The notes beneath the pieces were generated by a model. The model was not told where the DNA came from, did not search any database, and saw nothing but the letters and a program-made list of their open reading frames with translations. The position numbers and the translations under genes were made by a program. From a virus, in the IMG/VR virus record IMGVR_UViG_3300034025_000003: a DNA stretch of 48,740 bases; one strand, written 5' to 3'. Shown here piece by piece: positions 8,101 to 16,924 of the stretch. Each line of letters starts with the position of its first letter. The stretch's first letter is position 1.

Positions 8101-10284
8101 GGTCTTTTAGACGCCCAACATTTTGACGATAACGTTTTTGCCAATAGTAACGGACTGTCGTTTCCTACTGGTGAAGAATTTGTTCGTGGTGTCAGAGACG
8201 GTAGAATTGATCTCGATCACTACGTTGAAGTTGTCGGAGACCGTGAACTTCCGTCTGCGTACCGTCACGCATCAGCAGACGTGTCAAAATTCATTGATGA
8301 AGAAGTTGATAGTGTCGGAGGCTACTATCGAACAACGGGCCGAATGTACACATCTGCAAAGGGAGACGCTCTTCTCGACGAAGCTGGCGAATACGCCGAA
8401 ACTGTCGATCCCTGGGAGACTATCGATCGTTCGCTAGGCAACATTAGTCGGGTAACCAGTCTTAGCGGCTATCGTTCAAATATAATGGAACGCTTCGAAG
8501 CTACGTACGCCAAAGAGCTGGAAGACACTTCTTCACAGTACGCGATGCTTACGTCTAAATTGAAGGACGGAGTACCGGCCCCTCTTGCGAGAAAGATCAA
8601 AGCCGAACAAGCTGCTGCTGCTCGAATCATGGGATTCAAGACTAGCTGGGATCGCACAGTTGACGATGCTTACGAAAGCGTAGCTAACTGGGTTCTTGGC
8701 GAAGCAACAGGCGGGACACGTGAACGAGTAGCAGATGCTGTCTATTGGCTGAAGAAAAACAATCCTGTAAACTATTTGCGAGGTCTTGTTTTCGACGCTA
8801 AGCTGGGGATGTTTAATCCCGGTCAGTTCTTTCTTCAGTCTATGACGATGGCGGCTTCTATGTCTCTATCGCCAACGCACGGGTGGAAAGGTTTCAAGGG
8901 CGTACCTGTAATGCAAGCGCTGACTGGCGTCAAAGGACCGATGTTTGAAAGCACGTTGGACCTTTGGGCTAAGAGGGGCATGTGGAAATTGACTGACTTT
9001 GAAACCGAAACTGAGTTCAAAGAGTTTCATCGATTTGTTAACCGTTCAGGATTTATGGACGTTGACGGCACGATGACACAGATCAACAGTTTTGGTCCTG
9101 CTCGAATCTTTGGTTCTGGTTCCAGGTTTGAAGCGATTCGTGAAGCCGGTCGAGTCATGTTCTACAAAGCGGAAGTGAATAACCGTGCTGTCGCTTCGCG
9201 TATTGCTTGGCAGATTAGCAAAGAACGAGGACTTATTCCCGGTACTTCAGAATTCCGAGATGCTTTCATTTCACTGGCTGATGATTACAGTTTTAACATG
9301 GTAGACCAGTCGAAAGCCGCGTTCCAAACTGGATTGCTGTCTATTCCAACGCAGTTCTGGGCGTACAACATTCGTATGATGGATGCGATGCTGGGCAACG
9401 GTTTTACGACCGCTCAAAAAATTCGTCTCGTTGTTTCACAGCTTGGTTTGTACGGAATGGCAGGCGTTCCTCTTGGCGCAGCTGTTAGCGAGTACGTTAA
9501 GCGTAGCGGAGGCGAACCGATTGAGACAGGTTCAGCTGTATCTTACTTTGACCGTGGTTTGCTAGACAACGCGATTGCTGCTGTCTCTGGTGCTGACGTT
9601 CGATTTGGTGAACGTGTCGGCACTGGTTCGTTTATAAATGAGCTGACAAAAAGTCTTTTCAACACTTCAGAATACGGCGAGAAATCAACAGTCGACGTTC
9701 TAGGTGGTGCGACGTGGAGTATCGCAAAAGATACTTCAAAGACGTTGTACGACGTTACTCGTTACGCAGCAGCTGAAAGCGGGGGAGACCAAGGTTTTAC
9801 GATTACCGCTGACGCTGTGCTGAAGTTAGCAGCAAATATTTCTACAATCGGCAACGCACAGAAGGCGATGCTCGTTGCTAACTACGGTTATTTGAAGTCG
9901 AACAAGGGTTCGATTATGGCTAACGATCTGCCGCCTGAAGATGCGTTCTTTGTTGCGTTGGGTCTTGGTTCGCCACAGGAACTTGATAACTCGTCGTTGA
10001 TGAAAGCGTATAACGACAACGTTGAAGAACAGGTAACTGAAGCTTCGAAGGTCGTACGTTCGCTACGACAGGAAGCATTTCTCAATCCTGACAAATTCAA
10101 CGAGAACATGGAGCAAGTTAATCTCTTCATGAAACTTCAACCTGAATTTGTTCGTCGGCGAATCCTTAAGCAAGCAAATAAAATTACCGATAAGTCCTTT
10201 TACGAACATATCGAAACTAAGTACAACAAAGAACGAATGGAAGTAGAAAGCGCAAATGGCGAATCTGACAGCAACCCTGAGTGA
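5122..10284 (+). CDS. Giant internal virion / polyvalent protein with an ART-like domain
   Basis: 1720-aa ORF in the position of T7 gp15/16. It contains an H-G-T ... S-S-Y ... E signature (AFHGTGRAFDEFDE...LGLFFTAEPRMASSYA...GHEGIILRN...VFAVFDKTKVRSQFE) at about aa 515-680. Confidence 0.75.
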   Translation: MAESDFDFAIDEVASSDFDGTVVPTISNKQPSDLTTQIAALATSEDGGASGLQADAIETTRARLAAGDEYNMRLQIAAKRQTRQARNVSNNLAAAVSKSPVTTPETRKLVSDTYNAVINQRIEDQANSALEREAIDNIQDNLAANDPVEAKLTYELMFGRGNATKVWFDSATKNLILAQKIEQLQNEASDQSWTREIVNGLIGLIPFNSNFANVGIVNGERTGGFMNWLLSGSSLQTQSEEMKAKYVSPEDFAEAMKDGGELDRNLRENSTTLGSYDPRVAASIMQGLDYQTESDRLTANAWSLVDPLTAPIPWMAKGLKIPGMLQRLGSRSAARSVLTGSIEDIIANGAEGAAKRTGISEADAIEGLEVSAMKPSTPNDVPLAVDVQAQLETVQRFRQEAANLNPPSSLTNADELAEALTARVTAIEKETGRPVKDVKYFTKDIATGERTQRGLLDPLPENGNVVHQVEVTWGKKDGGGYARAKTAVSEMLSKLGVRAEAVGEEVVTEKAVSNEALGFRTKAFHGTGRAFDEFDESLGGLTTDADVAKLGLFFTAEPRMASSYAVHAADVANHKEFNILRDKLSAGTLTDEEEARYGELIEGIPDHAGANIRPVVIDTSKFVEFDMTGDLVSGAQKIRQAKLDGHEGIILRNYADDGRGGTVGDVFAVFDKTKVRSQFEVGLTRDVSGQWFGKATFDVPLDGFRTTPLDTQKNGLLAPIRSDARRVDKSAQSKAVAASSSANRLRDAIGRRVKESLKGISSIDRIRLDEIIRKGSNESKWLTDNEFNILYERLAGEGKLPSDKVLNAYHEYRFVNDLDFSWRREQLYKADVEAGYENVKMSVAGNNVDGAGKISVGGNRPTERVYNRTDNTLYNSANPLTQDEWTRLTGEGYLLVDLKEGLDAGGTHFRKVLVHRSELERSPLKLEKSLGYKAGGHRAYTGRYYLKQASGGTQADSGSKFLKNPNVFRTGNNPNTLGAWAKIFNRAIDDAKKGLLDAQHFDDNVFANSNGLSFPTGEEFVRGVRDGRIDLDHYVEVVGDRELPSAYRHASADVSKFIDEEVDSVGGYYRTTGRMYTSAKGDALLDEAGEYAETVDPWETIDRSLGNISRVTSLSGYRSNIMERFEATYAKELEDTSSQYAMLTSKLKDGVPAPLARKIKAEQAAAARIMGFKTSWDRTVDDAYESVANWVLGEATGGTRERVADAVYWLKKNNPVNYLRGLVFDAKLGMFNPGQFFLQSMTMAASMSLSPTHGWKGFKGVPVMQALTGVKGPMFESTLDLWAKRGMWKLTDFETETEFKEFHRFVNRSGFMDVDGTMTQINSFGPARIFGSGSRFEAIREAGRVMFYKAEVNNRAVASRIAWQISKERGLIPGTSEFRDAFISLADDYSFNMVDQSKAAFQTGLLSIPTQFWAYNIRMMDAMLGNGFTTAQKIRLVVSQLGLYGMAGVPLGAAVSEYVKRSGGEPIETGSAVSYFDRGLLDNAIAAVSGADVRFGERVGTGSFINELTKSLFNTSEYGEKSTVDVLGGATWSIAKDTSKTLYDVTRYAAAESGGDQGFTITADAVLKLAANISTIGNAQKAMLVANYGYLKSNKGSIMANDLPPEDAFFVALGLGSPQELDNSSLMKAYNDNVEEQVTEASKVVRSLRQEAFLNPDKFNENMEQVNLFMKLQPEFVRRRILKQANKITDKSFYEHIETKYNKERMEVESANGESDSNPE

Positions 10285-12754
10285 CGTAAACGACAACGCC
10301 CGCATTATCGAAGATGGTAGTGCGGGTGGAGGCGGAGGTGTGTCGACAGTGCTTTCCGGTCTTGCGAAAGGCTTGGGAGCGCTGACCGACCACTGGGATA
10401 ACCAAGTTAAGATGAAGCGCCAAGCAGCTGCTGACGCTCGCGAGAACTATCGGTTCAACCGAGAAGTTACGACTGACGCTGCAACTGACGATACTTTGGC
10501 CACAATGAATCGTGTCCAAAACAACACACTTATCGCCCCTCCTGTTGCGGCTCCTGCAGGGCCTGCTGCACCGCCCACTCAAGATGCTGCTCCTGTTCTT
10601 GACGGAGCGGACATTGCTTCTGTCGATAAAACAGTAAGTCGTCTTGAGACAATGCAAGCTGCCGTTGACCAAGGCAAGATGCCGAGCCTTAGTCGCAACG
10701 CTCAAATCGATTTAGCCCGTAATCAACTTTTTGATAAGTATTCGGGTCGTCCGGGTGCACTCGAAGAAGTCGCAAAGATTTTTAAAGACAAGGGCATCGA
10801 TCTTTTTCCGGATATTACAGCCGAGCAAAAGTTCCGTTCAGCTGAGCAAGAGTCTAGGACGAAGGAATACTTCGACACTATTGAAGTAGCTAAGAAGCTT
10901 AAGCCCTATGATCCGAACACGACAGATGAAGAGTACTACCGATCCGGTCGAGAATTTCAAGCTCGTGAAGCTGCTCGAATTGCTGCAAAAAACATAAGCG
11001 ACGAACGTCGAGCTGCTGCTGCTGAAGAACGTGCGGCTCGTGGTGAGGAAAGAGAGTCTATTGAGTTTGGTCGAAAAGAAGAAAGTCTTGATGCTTTCAG
11101 CGATGGTCAAACTCAAATGTTCAATACAATGGGACCTGTGCTACAAGACTTTCTCAAGCTAGCGCAAAGTGGTCCCGGTATTGGACAAAATGCTGAATAC
11201 GAAACAAAGATGGCAAATTTGACAGCACATCTTCACTCGACGTATAACGCCGTTCGATCAAGTATTGTCCGGAGTGCTAAAGACCCGGTGACTGCCTCGC
11301 AACTTGCGGCTCGTCTTGACGATGAATTCAAAACAGTTATTCTTGATCCAATCGTAACGCGTCGAGTAGAGTTTGGCAAAGCCGCCGAAGTTCTGGGAAC
11401 TGCGTTCAAGCTTCGTATGCAAGAAGCTGCTCCGCTCATTCGACAGCTAAATTCTATTGGCATTGATATGAAAGACATGCCAGACGTCGTTCAAAATCTA
11501 AGCCCCGAGCTTAAAGCTCAAGTAGCTAAAGAATTAGCGTTTAGCATGAACCCGAAGCTAAGTGCTGACGTCGGTAAGATTCATACGATGCACGCTCTTG
11601 AAATGCTGAAAGGAAACACAAGCCTACGAGATATGACGACTACTCAGGCTCGACAAGCACTAACTAGCGAAGCCAGTCGTCACGTAATGGGTCTTGCGCC
11701 TAAGATTGCTAGAGGCGAAGGCAACGGTGAAATGTGGCTTAACGCAGCTGCTCAGATGCCTACAGCAGCTGTTTCCGTTAATAGTGGTTCTGGTCCTGCT
11801 GTCCTCGGTCGAGCAATGGCGGTTCTCGCCAACAACAACTCTATTAACGCGTTGAACAAGTTGATGTCGAATCCTGATACGTCAGAAAAAGCAAAACTCG
11901 TTGCTCAATCTAGTCGAGCAGGTGTCGCGCACATTATGCAAGAAACTCGAACAGCGGCTGGCGCTACTGCTCGTAAGGAATATCAAGGTATCTATTACGA
12001 CCGAGGACAGGGCCAGTACGTTCTTCGTTTTTCAGACAGAGAGTGGAAGAAGGCTTATCCTAACGTATACACTCCTGGAAATATTCCTTCTTCGATGCTT
12101 CGGAATAAGCCGAGCGCTCCTTCAGCTGACTTGCAAAAGCTTGTCGGTAACATGAACGCTGGTTTGAAGTATCTTGTCGCTACCACTAAGTGGGACGCAG
12201 GTTCTGCGCCTACGGGTGGTTGGAAAGATGTTGCTGAGTTCTACGCAGTTGGTGATACAGCAGGCACTTCATACGACAGCAAATCTCCGCAGCGTAAGAA
12301 AGATGCTGACGTTATCAAGGCTATCGATGCTCTCGACAAAAGTCTTGGCGATCCGTCACGTTTTCTTGTCCCAGCTGATTCACCCAGCGACGGTACATCG
12401 AGAGGTGAGCGCAACAACAATCCCGGCAATCTTGAATACGGCGCGTACACAAAGGGTAAAGGTGCGACCGGCACTGACGGACGTTTTGCTGTCTTCCCGA
12501 CAATGGAAGCAGGCGTGAAAGCACAAGAAGAGCTTCTTGTTAACAACTACATTAACAAGGGTCGAAATACTGTAACTAAGGTCCTAGAAAAGTACGCCCC
12601 CCGTTCAGATAATCAAGGTTCATTTGAGAACTACGTATCGTACGTAGCTAAACGTTTGAATATTAATCCTAACGACACACTTACCCCAGCGATCGTCGGT
12701 CGACTAGCACAGGCTATGCGTGAATTTGAAACAGGAAACACTAGACGTGCGTAA
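10256..12754 (+). CDS. Internal virion protein with a C-terminal NNPGN-motif domain
   Basis: 832 aa with a coiled-coil, Ala-rich body. The C-terminus (ERNNNPGNLEYGAY...GRFAVFPTMEAGVKAQEELL...KYAP) is a motif block I recall from virion-associated phage proteins. Confidence 0.65.
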   Translation: MANLTATLSDVNDNARIIEDGSAGGGGGVSTVLSGLAKGLGALTDHWDNQVKMKRQAAADARENYRFNREVTTDAATDDTLATMNRVQNNTLIAPPVAAPAGPAAPPTQDAAPVLDGADIASVDKTVSRLETMQAAVDQGKMPSLSRNAQIDLARNQLFDKYSGRPGALEEVAKIFKDKGIDLFPDITAEQKFRSAEQESRTKEYFDTIEVAKKLKPYDPNTTDEEYYRSGREFQAREAARIAAKNISDERRAAAAEERAARGEERESIEFGRKEESLDAFSDGQTQMFNTMGPVLQDFLKLAQSGPGIGQNAEYETKMANLTAHLHSTYNAVRSSIVRSAKDPVTASQLAARLDDEFKTVILDPIVTRRVEFGKAAEVLGTAFKLRMQEAAPLIRQLNSIGIDMKDMPDVVQNLSPELKAQVAKELAFSMNPKLSADVGKIHTMHALEMLKGNTSLRDMTTTQARQALTSEASRHVMGLAPKIARGEGNGEMWLNAAAQMPTAAVSVNSGSGPAVLGRAMAVLANNNSINALNKLMSNPDTSEKAKLVAQSSRAGVAHIMQETRTAAGATARKEYQGIYYDRGQGQYVLRFSDREWKKAYPNVYTPGNIPSSMLRNKPSAPSADLQKLVGNMNAGLKYLVATTKWDAGSAPTGGWKDVAEFYAVGDTAGTSYDSKSPQRKKDADVIKAIDALDKSLGDPSRFLVPADSPSDGTSRGERNNNPGNLEYGAYTKGKGATGTDGRFAVFPTMEAGVKAQEELLVNNYINKGRNTVTKVLEKYAPRSDNQGSFENYVSYVAKRLNINPNDTLTPAIVGRLAQAMREFETGNTRRA

Positions 12755-12899
12755 TAGAATTCGCAACTTAATTAAGAACGGTGTCCACGATCAGAACGTA
12801 ATCTTTGATGTTCTGTATCCAGAATTTAAAGGACACTACAGCAGACTAAGAGACATAATCTCAATGGAGAAAAACGACGATGCCAATCGGTACGCATGA
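12747..12899 (+). CDS. Possible 50-aa ORF (GTG start)
   Basis: Open frame VRNRIRNLIKNGVHDQNVIFDVLYPEFKGHYSRLRDIIS... fills the gap between 12754 and 12880. It is below the ORF-track size cut-off. Confidence 0.25.
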   Translation: MRNRIRNLIKNGVHDQNVIFDVLYPEFKGHYSRLRDIISMEKNDDANRYA

Positions 12900-13425
12900 C
12901 TTAGCAGAAGCTCTCGACTATCTTCTTGACGAAGAAGGAGGGTGGTCAAATCATCCGGCAGATACTGGTGGAGCTACGTTCAACGGCGTAACTCAAGCCA
13001 CTTACAACGATTGGCGAAAGCGCGTTAAAAAGCTTCCGACACAAAGTGTTAAGATGGCGAAAGCCGAGGAAATTAAAGAACTTTACGACGTCATGTATTG
13101 GCGAGCGGCTAGGTGTGATAGATTGCCGTGGCCCATCAGCTACCTTGTGTTCGACGCTGCCGTTAACTCTGGGCCTAAACGAGGAATCCAATGGGCTCAG
13201 ACAGGTCTCGGACTTTCTTCAGACGGCCTAGTCGGTAATGCCACGATTGCCGCTGCCGAGAAGGTCGTGGTCGATGGGGATACCTCAAAAATTCTGGCAA
13301 TCGTCGATGCACGCGTCGTTTTCCTGGCGCGACTCGTTCAGTCAAAACCGTCTCAAGCTGCGTTTCTTCTCGGTTGGTGGCGTCGTACTCAGCGAGTTCT
13401 TGCTCGTGCCCTTCTTTCGGAGTAA
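12880..13425 (+). CDS. Endolysin, GH108 muramidase domain plus PG_binding_3 domain
   Basis: EEGGWSNHPADTGGATFNGVTQ matches the GH108 signature. YWRAARCDRLPWPISYLVFDAAVNSGP...SSDGLVGNATI matches PG_binding_3. Confidence 0.9.
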   Translation: MPIGTHDLAEALDYLLDEEGGWSNHPADTGGATFNGVTQATYNDWRKRVKKLPTQSVKMAKAEEIKELYDVMYWRAARCDRLPWPISYLVFDAAVNSGPKRGIQWAQTGLGLSSDGLVGNATIAAAEKVVVDGDTSKILAIVDARVVFLARLVQSKPSQAAFLLGWWRRTQRVLARALLSE

Positions 13426-13430
13426 AAACT

Positions 13431-13991
13431 GTGGGTATTCCTATCATTGGTGACTTGTTCAACAGCGTCAAAGACATCGTATCTGAAGTCGTTGTAGACA
13501 AAGATAAACGCGATCAAGTAAATCTAGAGCTGAAGAGGCTTGAGGATCAAGCGCAAGCTCGCCTAGATGCTCAGGTGACAGCGCAGATTGAAGTAAACAA
13601 AGTTGAAGCTGCATCCTCGTCAGTTTTTGTTGCTGGCTGGCGTCCGGCTGTAGGTTGGGTAGGAGCGGCGGGTCTTGCGTTCGCAACAATTCTTCAACCG
13701 CTGGGATCGTGGACGGCATCTGTGGTGTTTGGGTACACTGGTCCATTCCCTGTTCTCGATACGGAATTGCTTTGGGTAGCATTGAGTGGTATCCTTGGTA
13801 TTGGTGGTATGCGTTCTTTTGAGAAGTACAAGGGAGTAGCAACTAACGGCTACGAAGTACAGCCGACAGGTCCTGCCTCTTCGACGACAACTGTTAAGCC
13901 TTCTGGCGAAGTCACCGTACATAAAGAAGGGGCCACCGGCGTTCAGCCAGCAGCCCCTACGGGAGTTAAGAAGAAGTGGAAACCTTTCTAA
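13431..13991 (+). CDS. Holin, GTA-type 3-TM family
   Basis: KVEAASSSVFVAGWRPAVGWVGAAGLAF plus further TM segments resemble the 3-TM holin family of gene transfer agents. The GTG at 13431 follows the endolysin stop directly; the track start at 13374 would overlap the endolysin. Confidence 0.7.
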   Translation: MGIPIIGDLFNSVKDIVSEVVVDKDKRDQVNLELKRLEDQAQARLDAQVTAQIEVNKVEAASSSVFVAGWRPAVGWVGAAGLAFATILQPLGSWTASVVFGYTGPFPVLDTELLWVALSGILGIGGMRSFEKYKGVATNGYEVQPTGPASSTTTVKPSGEVTVHKEGATGVQPAAPTGVKKKWKPF

Positions 13992-13994
13992 GGT

Positions 13995-14243
13995 TTATTC
14001 CATCCAGAATGCTTCCTGAACCTCGTGATTCGGGAACGTAAGACGAAGCTTGAAGTGGGGGGCGTTGACAGCAGCGTCCCCTTTGTCATGTGACTCTACG
14101 TCAAGAACGACGTTCGACATTCGTCGATGATTAAACTTTGCAACTCGTTGTGCAAACTCTTCAACCTTGATGGCTGAAGTTTCAAACAATCCGACTTGCA
14201 TTACTTCTTCGTAAGGCATACCGTGCCGCTTTTCGTCATCCAT
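13995..14243 (-). CDS. Hypothetical protein
   Basis: 82-aa ORF, the last gene of the minus-strand module. It overlaps the RNR stop by 8 nt. Confidence 0.5.
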   Translation of the reverse strand: MDDEKRHGMPYEEVMQVGLFETSAIKVEEFAQRVAKFNHRRMSNVVLDVESHDKGDAAVNAPHFKLRLTFPNHEVQEAFWME

Positions 14244-16137
14244 CGTTCACATTTCCAACTGTTATGATTTCGCAGACTCCACCTGTACAGGCAAGCTCTT
14301 GCGCTCCTGTCGTACTGTCTTCAGTTTCGTAAGCAACAAGCCCAGACCAATCAATAGCGTCAGGCATCGCCGCTTTAGCGACTTCGTATTCGTCCTCACC
14401 AATCTCGGTGTAGGGCGCTTGCTTATAAGTACCGTTGTCATAGGGTAGAAACGATACTCCCGATAGTTCGTCAAAGTGTTCATAAACCCAAGCTCCAACT
14501 TTCATCCATTCATCGTCACGAACATACACTGTGCACGACGGTTTGTGTTCACACCAATAATCTTGCAAAAGCTTCCACAACTCAAGCTGATCGATAGCTG
14601 TCATCTGATCTCGCCTTACACTGCCTTCAGGCGTCTCGATAGGGAACGAGAAGATAGAGGTAGAGGTTGGACTCATTGCATCTGCTTCTATTGGGATGCC
14701 AGAGTCTTTTAGAAAAGCTGTAAGAGGATCATTATTGTCAGCACGAACGGTGCGAATATAATGCCTACTAAAACTAGGGTGCAAACCGCTTGCACTGCCA
14801 ACGAGTTGTGAAACAGTGCCGCTCGGCTTAACGCACGTAGTGGCGACAGACTGAGGAATGCCAAGACGTTCAGCCCACTCCTTGTTTGTTTCAACAACGA
14901 TGTCTCGCAAAGCCGACAAGTTTTCGGCTGTGAGGAGCTTAACATTGTCGCAGACTCCTGTGAGACTGACACCTAGCAGTCGCTCTTCGTTGCAGTTATC
15001 GGCCCAAATTTTCCGTAGATACTTGAAATCGGTGAAAGTAGACTGGATCGTCCCAAGTATTGAAGCAACTCGTGCTTTTCTTTTGAGGCTGTCCAAATCA
15101 TCTGTTGCTCGGACAACAATTTCGGTAAGGTTACAAAACTCGTATGGGCGCAGGATAATCTCGCTGCATGGATTTGTGCCGAATTCAAAAGACGAGTCAC
15201 GTCTTCCATTGCGGTTAGCAATTCGTTGACATGCGTAACGACTGAAAAGCCCGCGTTCCCCGGACTTGCTGTCATAAAGCGCCTTCCATTCTTTCATGAA
15301 GAGGTCCATATCGGGCTTACGCCGTTCATAGACCGCAGAGTTGTTAGCTAAGCGACGATGGCCATAGCCATTCCACCATTCACCTGTCTTAGCGACACGC
15401 ATTCGATCATCGGTGACGTCAGACAAGCTAATCATAGCTGAACGACGAACACCGCCTACAACAACGATGTCGCCAATCTTACACATGATATCGTGACATT
15501 CAAGTGACGTTAGACGACGCCCAGCCGCTCGCTTGAAAATGTCAATTGTGAACTTAAAGAGGTCTTCAAGTGGTCCGGGACCTGACGCACGTCCTCCAAA
15601 TATTTTGAGTCGAGCACCGGCAGGTCGAACCGCTGAAGTATCCCATCCGGGGATTTCGCCACTATATAGCAAACTGATAAGTTGTCGGAAAGATCGAGCC
15701 CAACCTTCTTTAGAATCTGCAACAACAATTCGTGTTGCGCTGGACTCAAGTGTGTCACCGATGGTTGGAAGCTTATGGACATACTTTTCCTCAACGCTGA
15801 ATCCGACGCCTGTTCCACACATCAAAATATACATTGCTTCGTCGAACGAACGTGGGCTATCGACAGTCAAATAAGCGCAGTTAAAAGCAGCAACGTTGCA
15901 ACGTTCAAGAGCTGGTCCTGCTGTCATAAGAGCGCGCATAGACGGCATTACTTCAAGGTTAAAAATAGCCTCACGTACTTCACTCAAATCATTTGAGCCA
16001 GATTTATTTTGGTAATACTCGATTAGACGATCAACAGTTTCGTCCCAATTTTCTCGACGCTTGTCTTCCTCTCGCCACTTAGCATAGCGACTCTTATAGA
16101 TGAATTCTTCGTAGTAGTTCTTAAACGGACCTGTCAA
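14236..16137 (-). CDS. nrdJ: Ribonucleotide reductase, class II (B12-dependent), compact phage type
   Basis: 633 aa with a catalytic loop (GTNPCSEIIL, FCNLTE), SMRALMTAGP, GTGVGFS and a C-terminal Cys pair (CTGGVCE). It uses a TTG start preceded by AAGGAAG. Confidence 0.8.
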   Translation of the reverse strand: MTGPFKNYYEEFIYKSRYAKWREEDKRRENWDETVDRLIEYYQNKSGSNDLSEVREAIFNLEVMPSMRALMTAGPALERCNVAAFNCAYLTVDSPRSFDEAMYILMCGTGVGFSVEEKYVHKLPTIGDTLESSATRIVVADSKEGWARSFRQLISLLYSGEIPGWDTSAVRPAGARLKIFGGRASGPGPLEDLFKFTIDIFKRAAGRRLTSLECHDIMCKIGDIVVVGGVRRSAMISLSDVTDDRMRVAKTGEWWNGYGHRRLANNSAVYERRKPDMDLFMKEWKALYDSKSGERGLFSRYACQRIANRNGRRDSSFEFGTNPCSEIILRPYEFCNLTEIVVRATDDLDSLKRKARVASILGTIQSTFTDFKYLRKIWADNCNEERLLGVSLTGVCDNVKLLTAENLSALRDIVVETNKEWAERLGIPQSVATTCVKPSGTVSQLVGSASGLHPSFSRHYIRTVRADNNDPLTAFLKDSGIPIEADAMSPTSTSIFSFPIETPEGSVRRDQMTAIDQLELWKLLQDYWCEHKPSCTVYVRDDEWMKVGAWVYEHFDELSGVSFLPYDNGTYKQAPYTEIGEDEYEVAKAAMPDAIDWSGLVAYETEDSTTGAQELACTGGVCEIITVGNVNDG

Positions 16138-16146
16138 TATTCTTCC

Positions 16147-16476
16147 TTATCGAGCGGCGGAGGAGTCGTACGCCTCTTTTTGATTAAACGTTGTCGGAAT
16201 GATCGATCCCGGAGCATAGCCGCTAACGGGTTTCGTTTGCGAATTTTCCTGTCTTTTCGCGCCATACTCCATCTCTTCCAGCATGTCTAGATAATGACGA
16301 GCTTTCGCGAGGTCTTCGAGGCCATTCTTCAGACGGAATCGACAGACGTACTTAACGATGTTAGCTTGACACCAACTCAACTTATTGCGTTCACAGAACT
16401 CAGCAGGCTGGATAACAAACGAACGATAAGGGGAGGCGTATTTATCCTCCCCTACTTGACGATTAAGAGCGCTCAC
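16147..16476 (-). CDS. DUF3310 (SaV-like) protein
   Basis: QANIVKYVCRFRLKNGLEDLAKARHYLDMLEE matches the DUF3310 core. Confidence 0.75.
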   Translation of the reverse strand: MSALNRQVGEDKYASPYRSFVIQPAEFCERNKLSWCQANIVKYVCRFRLKNGLEDLAKARHYLDMLEEMEYGAKRQENSQTKPVSGYAPGSIIPTTFNQKEAYDSSAAR

Positions 16477-16643
16477 GCTCGGCTCTTTCCAATTCGGCTT
16501 CCAATTCCTTCCGAGGCATCAACCAAATCGCTGGCCTCAAAGGGTTCTTCTTCGTACTGCCAGTCGAGCGGGAGAAGAGGTTGGCCATTGTCGTCCAGAA
16601 CGTAGAAAGTTTGCTCATTATTGATCTTTGATTTGGTAATCAT
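16473..16643 (-). CDS. Hypothetical small acidic protein
   Basis: ATG at 16643 (MITKSKINNEQ...). The track start at 16658 is a TTG further upstream. Confidence 0.45.
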   Translation of the reverse strand: MITKSKINNEQTFYVLDDNGQPLLPLDWQYEEEPFEASDLVDASEGIGSRIGKSRA

Positions 16644-16782
16644 TTGTACCCCCTTCAAGAATTACGCCTTCTTCCTGTTCATCATCACTTCCTAACCAAA
16701 AGTAAAAGCTCTGACCATTTGGTCCTTCTACTTCTCCGTCAGGAAATCGCTGAGGTTCATTCGGGTCTGGAATTCGAATCAT
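16618..16782 (-). CDS. Possible 54-aa ORF
   Basis: ATG-initiated frame MIRIPDPNEPQRFPDGEVEGPNGQSFYFWLGSDDEQEEG... fills a gap that is otherwise unannotated. Confidence 0.3.
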   Translation of the reverse strand: MIRIPDPNEPQRFPDGEVEGPNGQSFYFWLGSDDEQEEGVILEGGTNDYQIKDQ

Positions 16783-16924
16783 TGTTTATCTTTCTTTGAC
16801 TGAGGTATTCTTCGTACCCCTTATCAAAACACTTGTTACAAGAGCCCCAATTTACAACGTATTCTTCAGTTGGAATAAGGGTTTTACATTCTTCACAGAA
16901 GGCAACATCATACGCTGTCATCAT
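16757..16924 (-). CDS. Possible 55-aa zinc-ribbon protein
   Basis: MMTAYDVAFCEECKTL...WGSCNKCFDKGY carries two CxxC pairs and overlaps its neighbours as in an operon. Confidence 0.4.
   Translation of the reverse strand: MMTAYDVAFCEECKTLIPTEEYVVNWGSCNKCFDKGYEEYLSQRKINNDSNSRPE

Noticed and set aside
10217-10705. Long antisense shadow ORFs inside large genes, e.g. 10217-10705 (-), 26604-27140 (+), 30070-30654 (+), 23542-23991 (-), 24361-24807 (-), 34527-34925 (-), 3149-3502 (-)
   Set aside because: Each lies entirely within, and opposite to or out of frame with, a gene that has clear family motifs. They lack RBSs and have biased, Arg/Ser/Leu-rich compositions.
13374-13430. Upstream extension of the holin ORF overlapping the endolysin
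   Set aside because: The extension encodes a Cys/Ser-rich peptide in an alternative frame of the endolysin C-terminus. A GTG start at 13431, right after the endolysin stop, gives a typical holin N-terminus.
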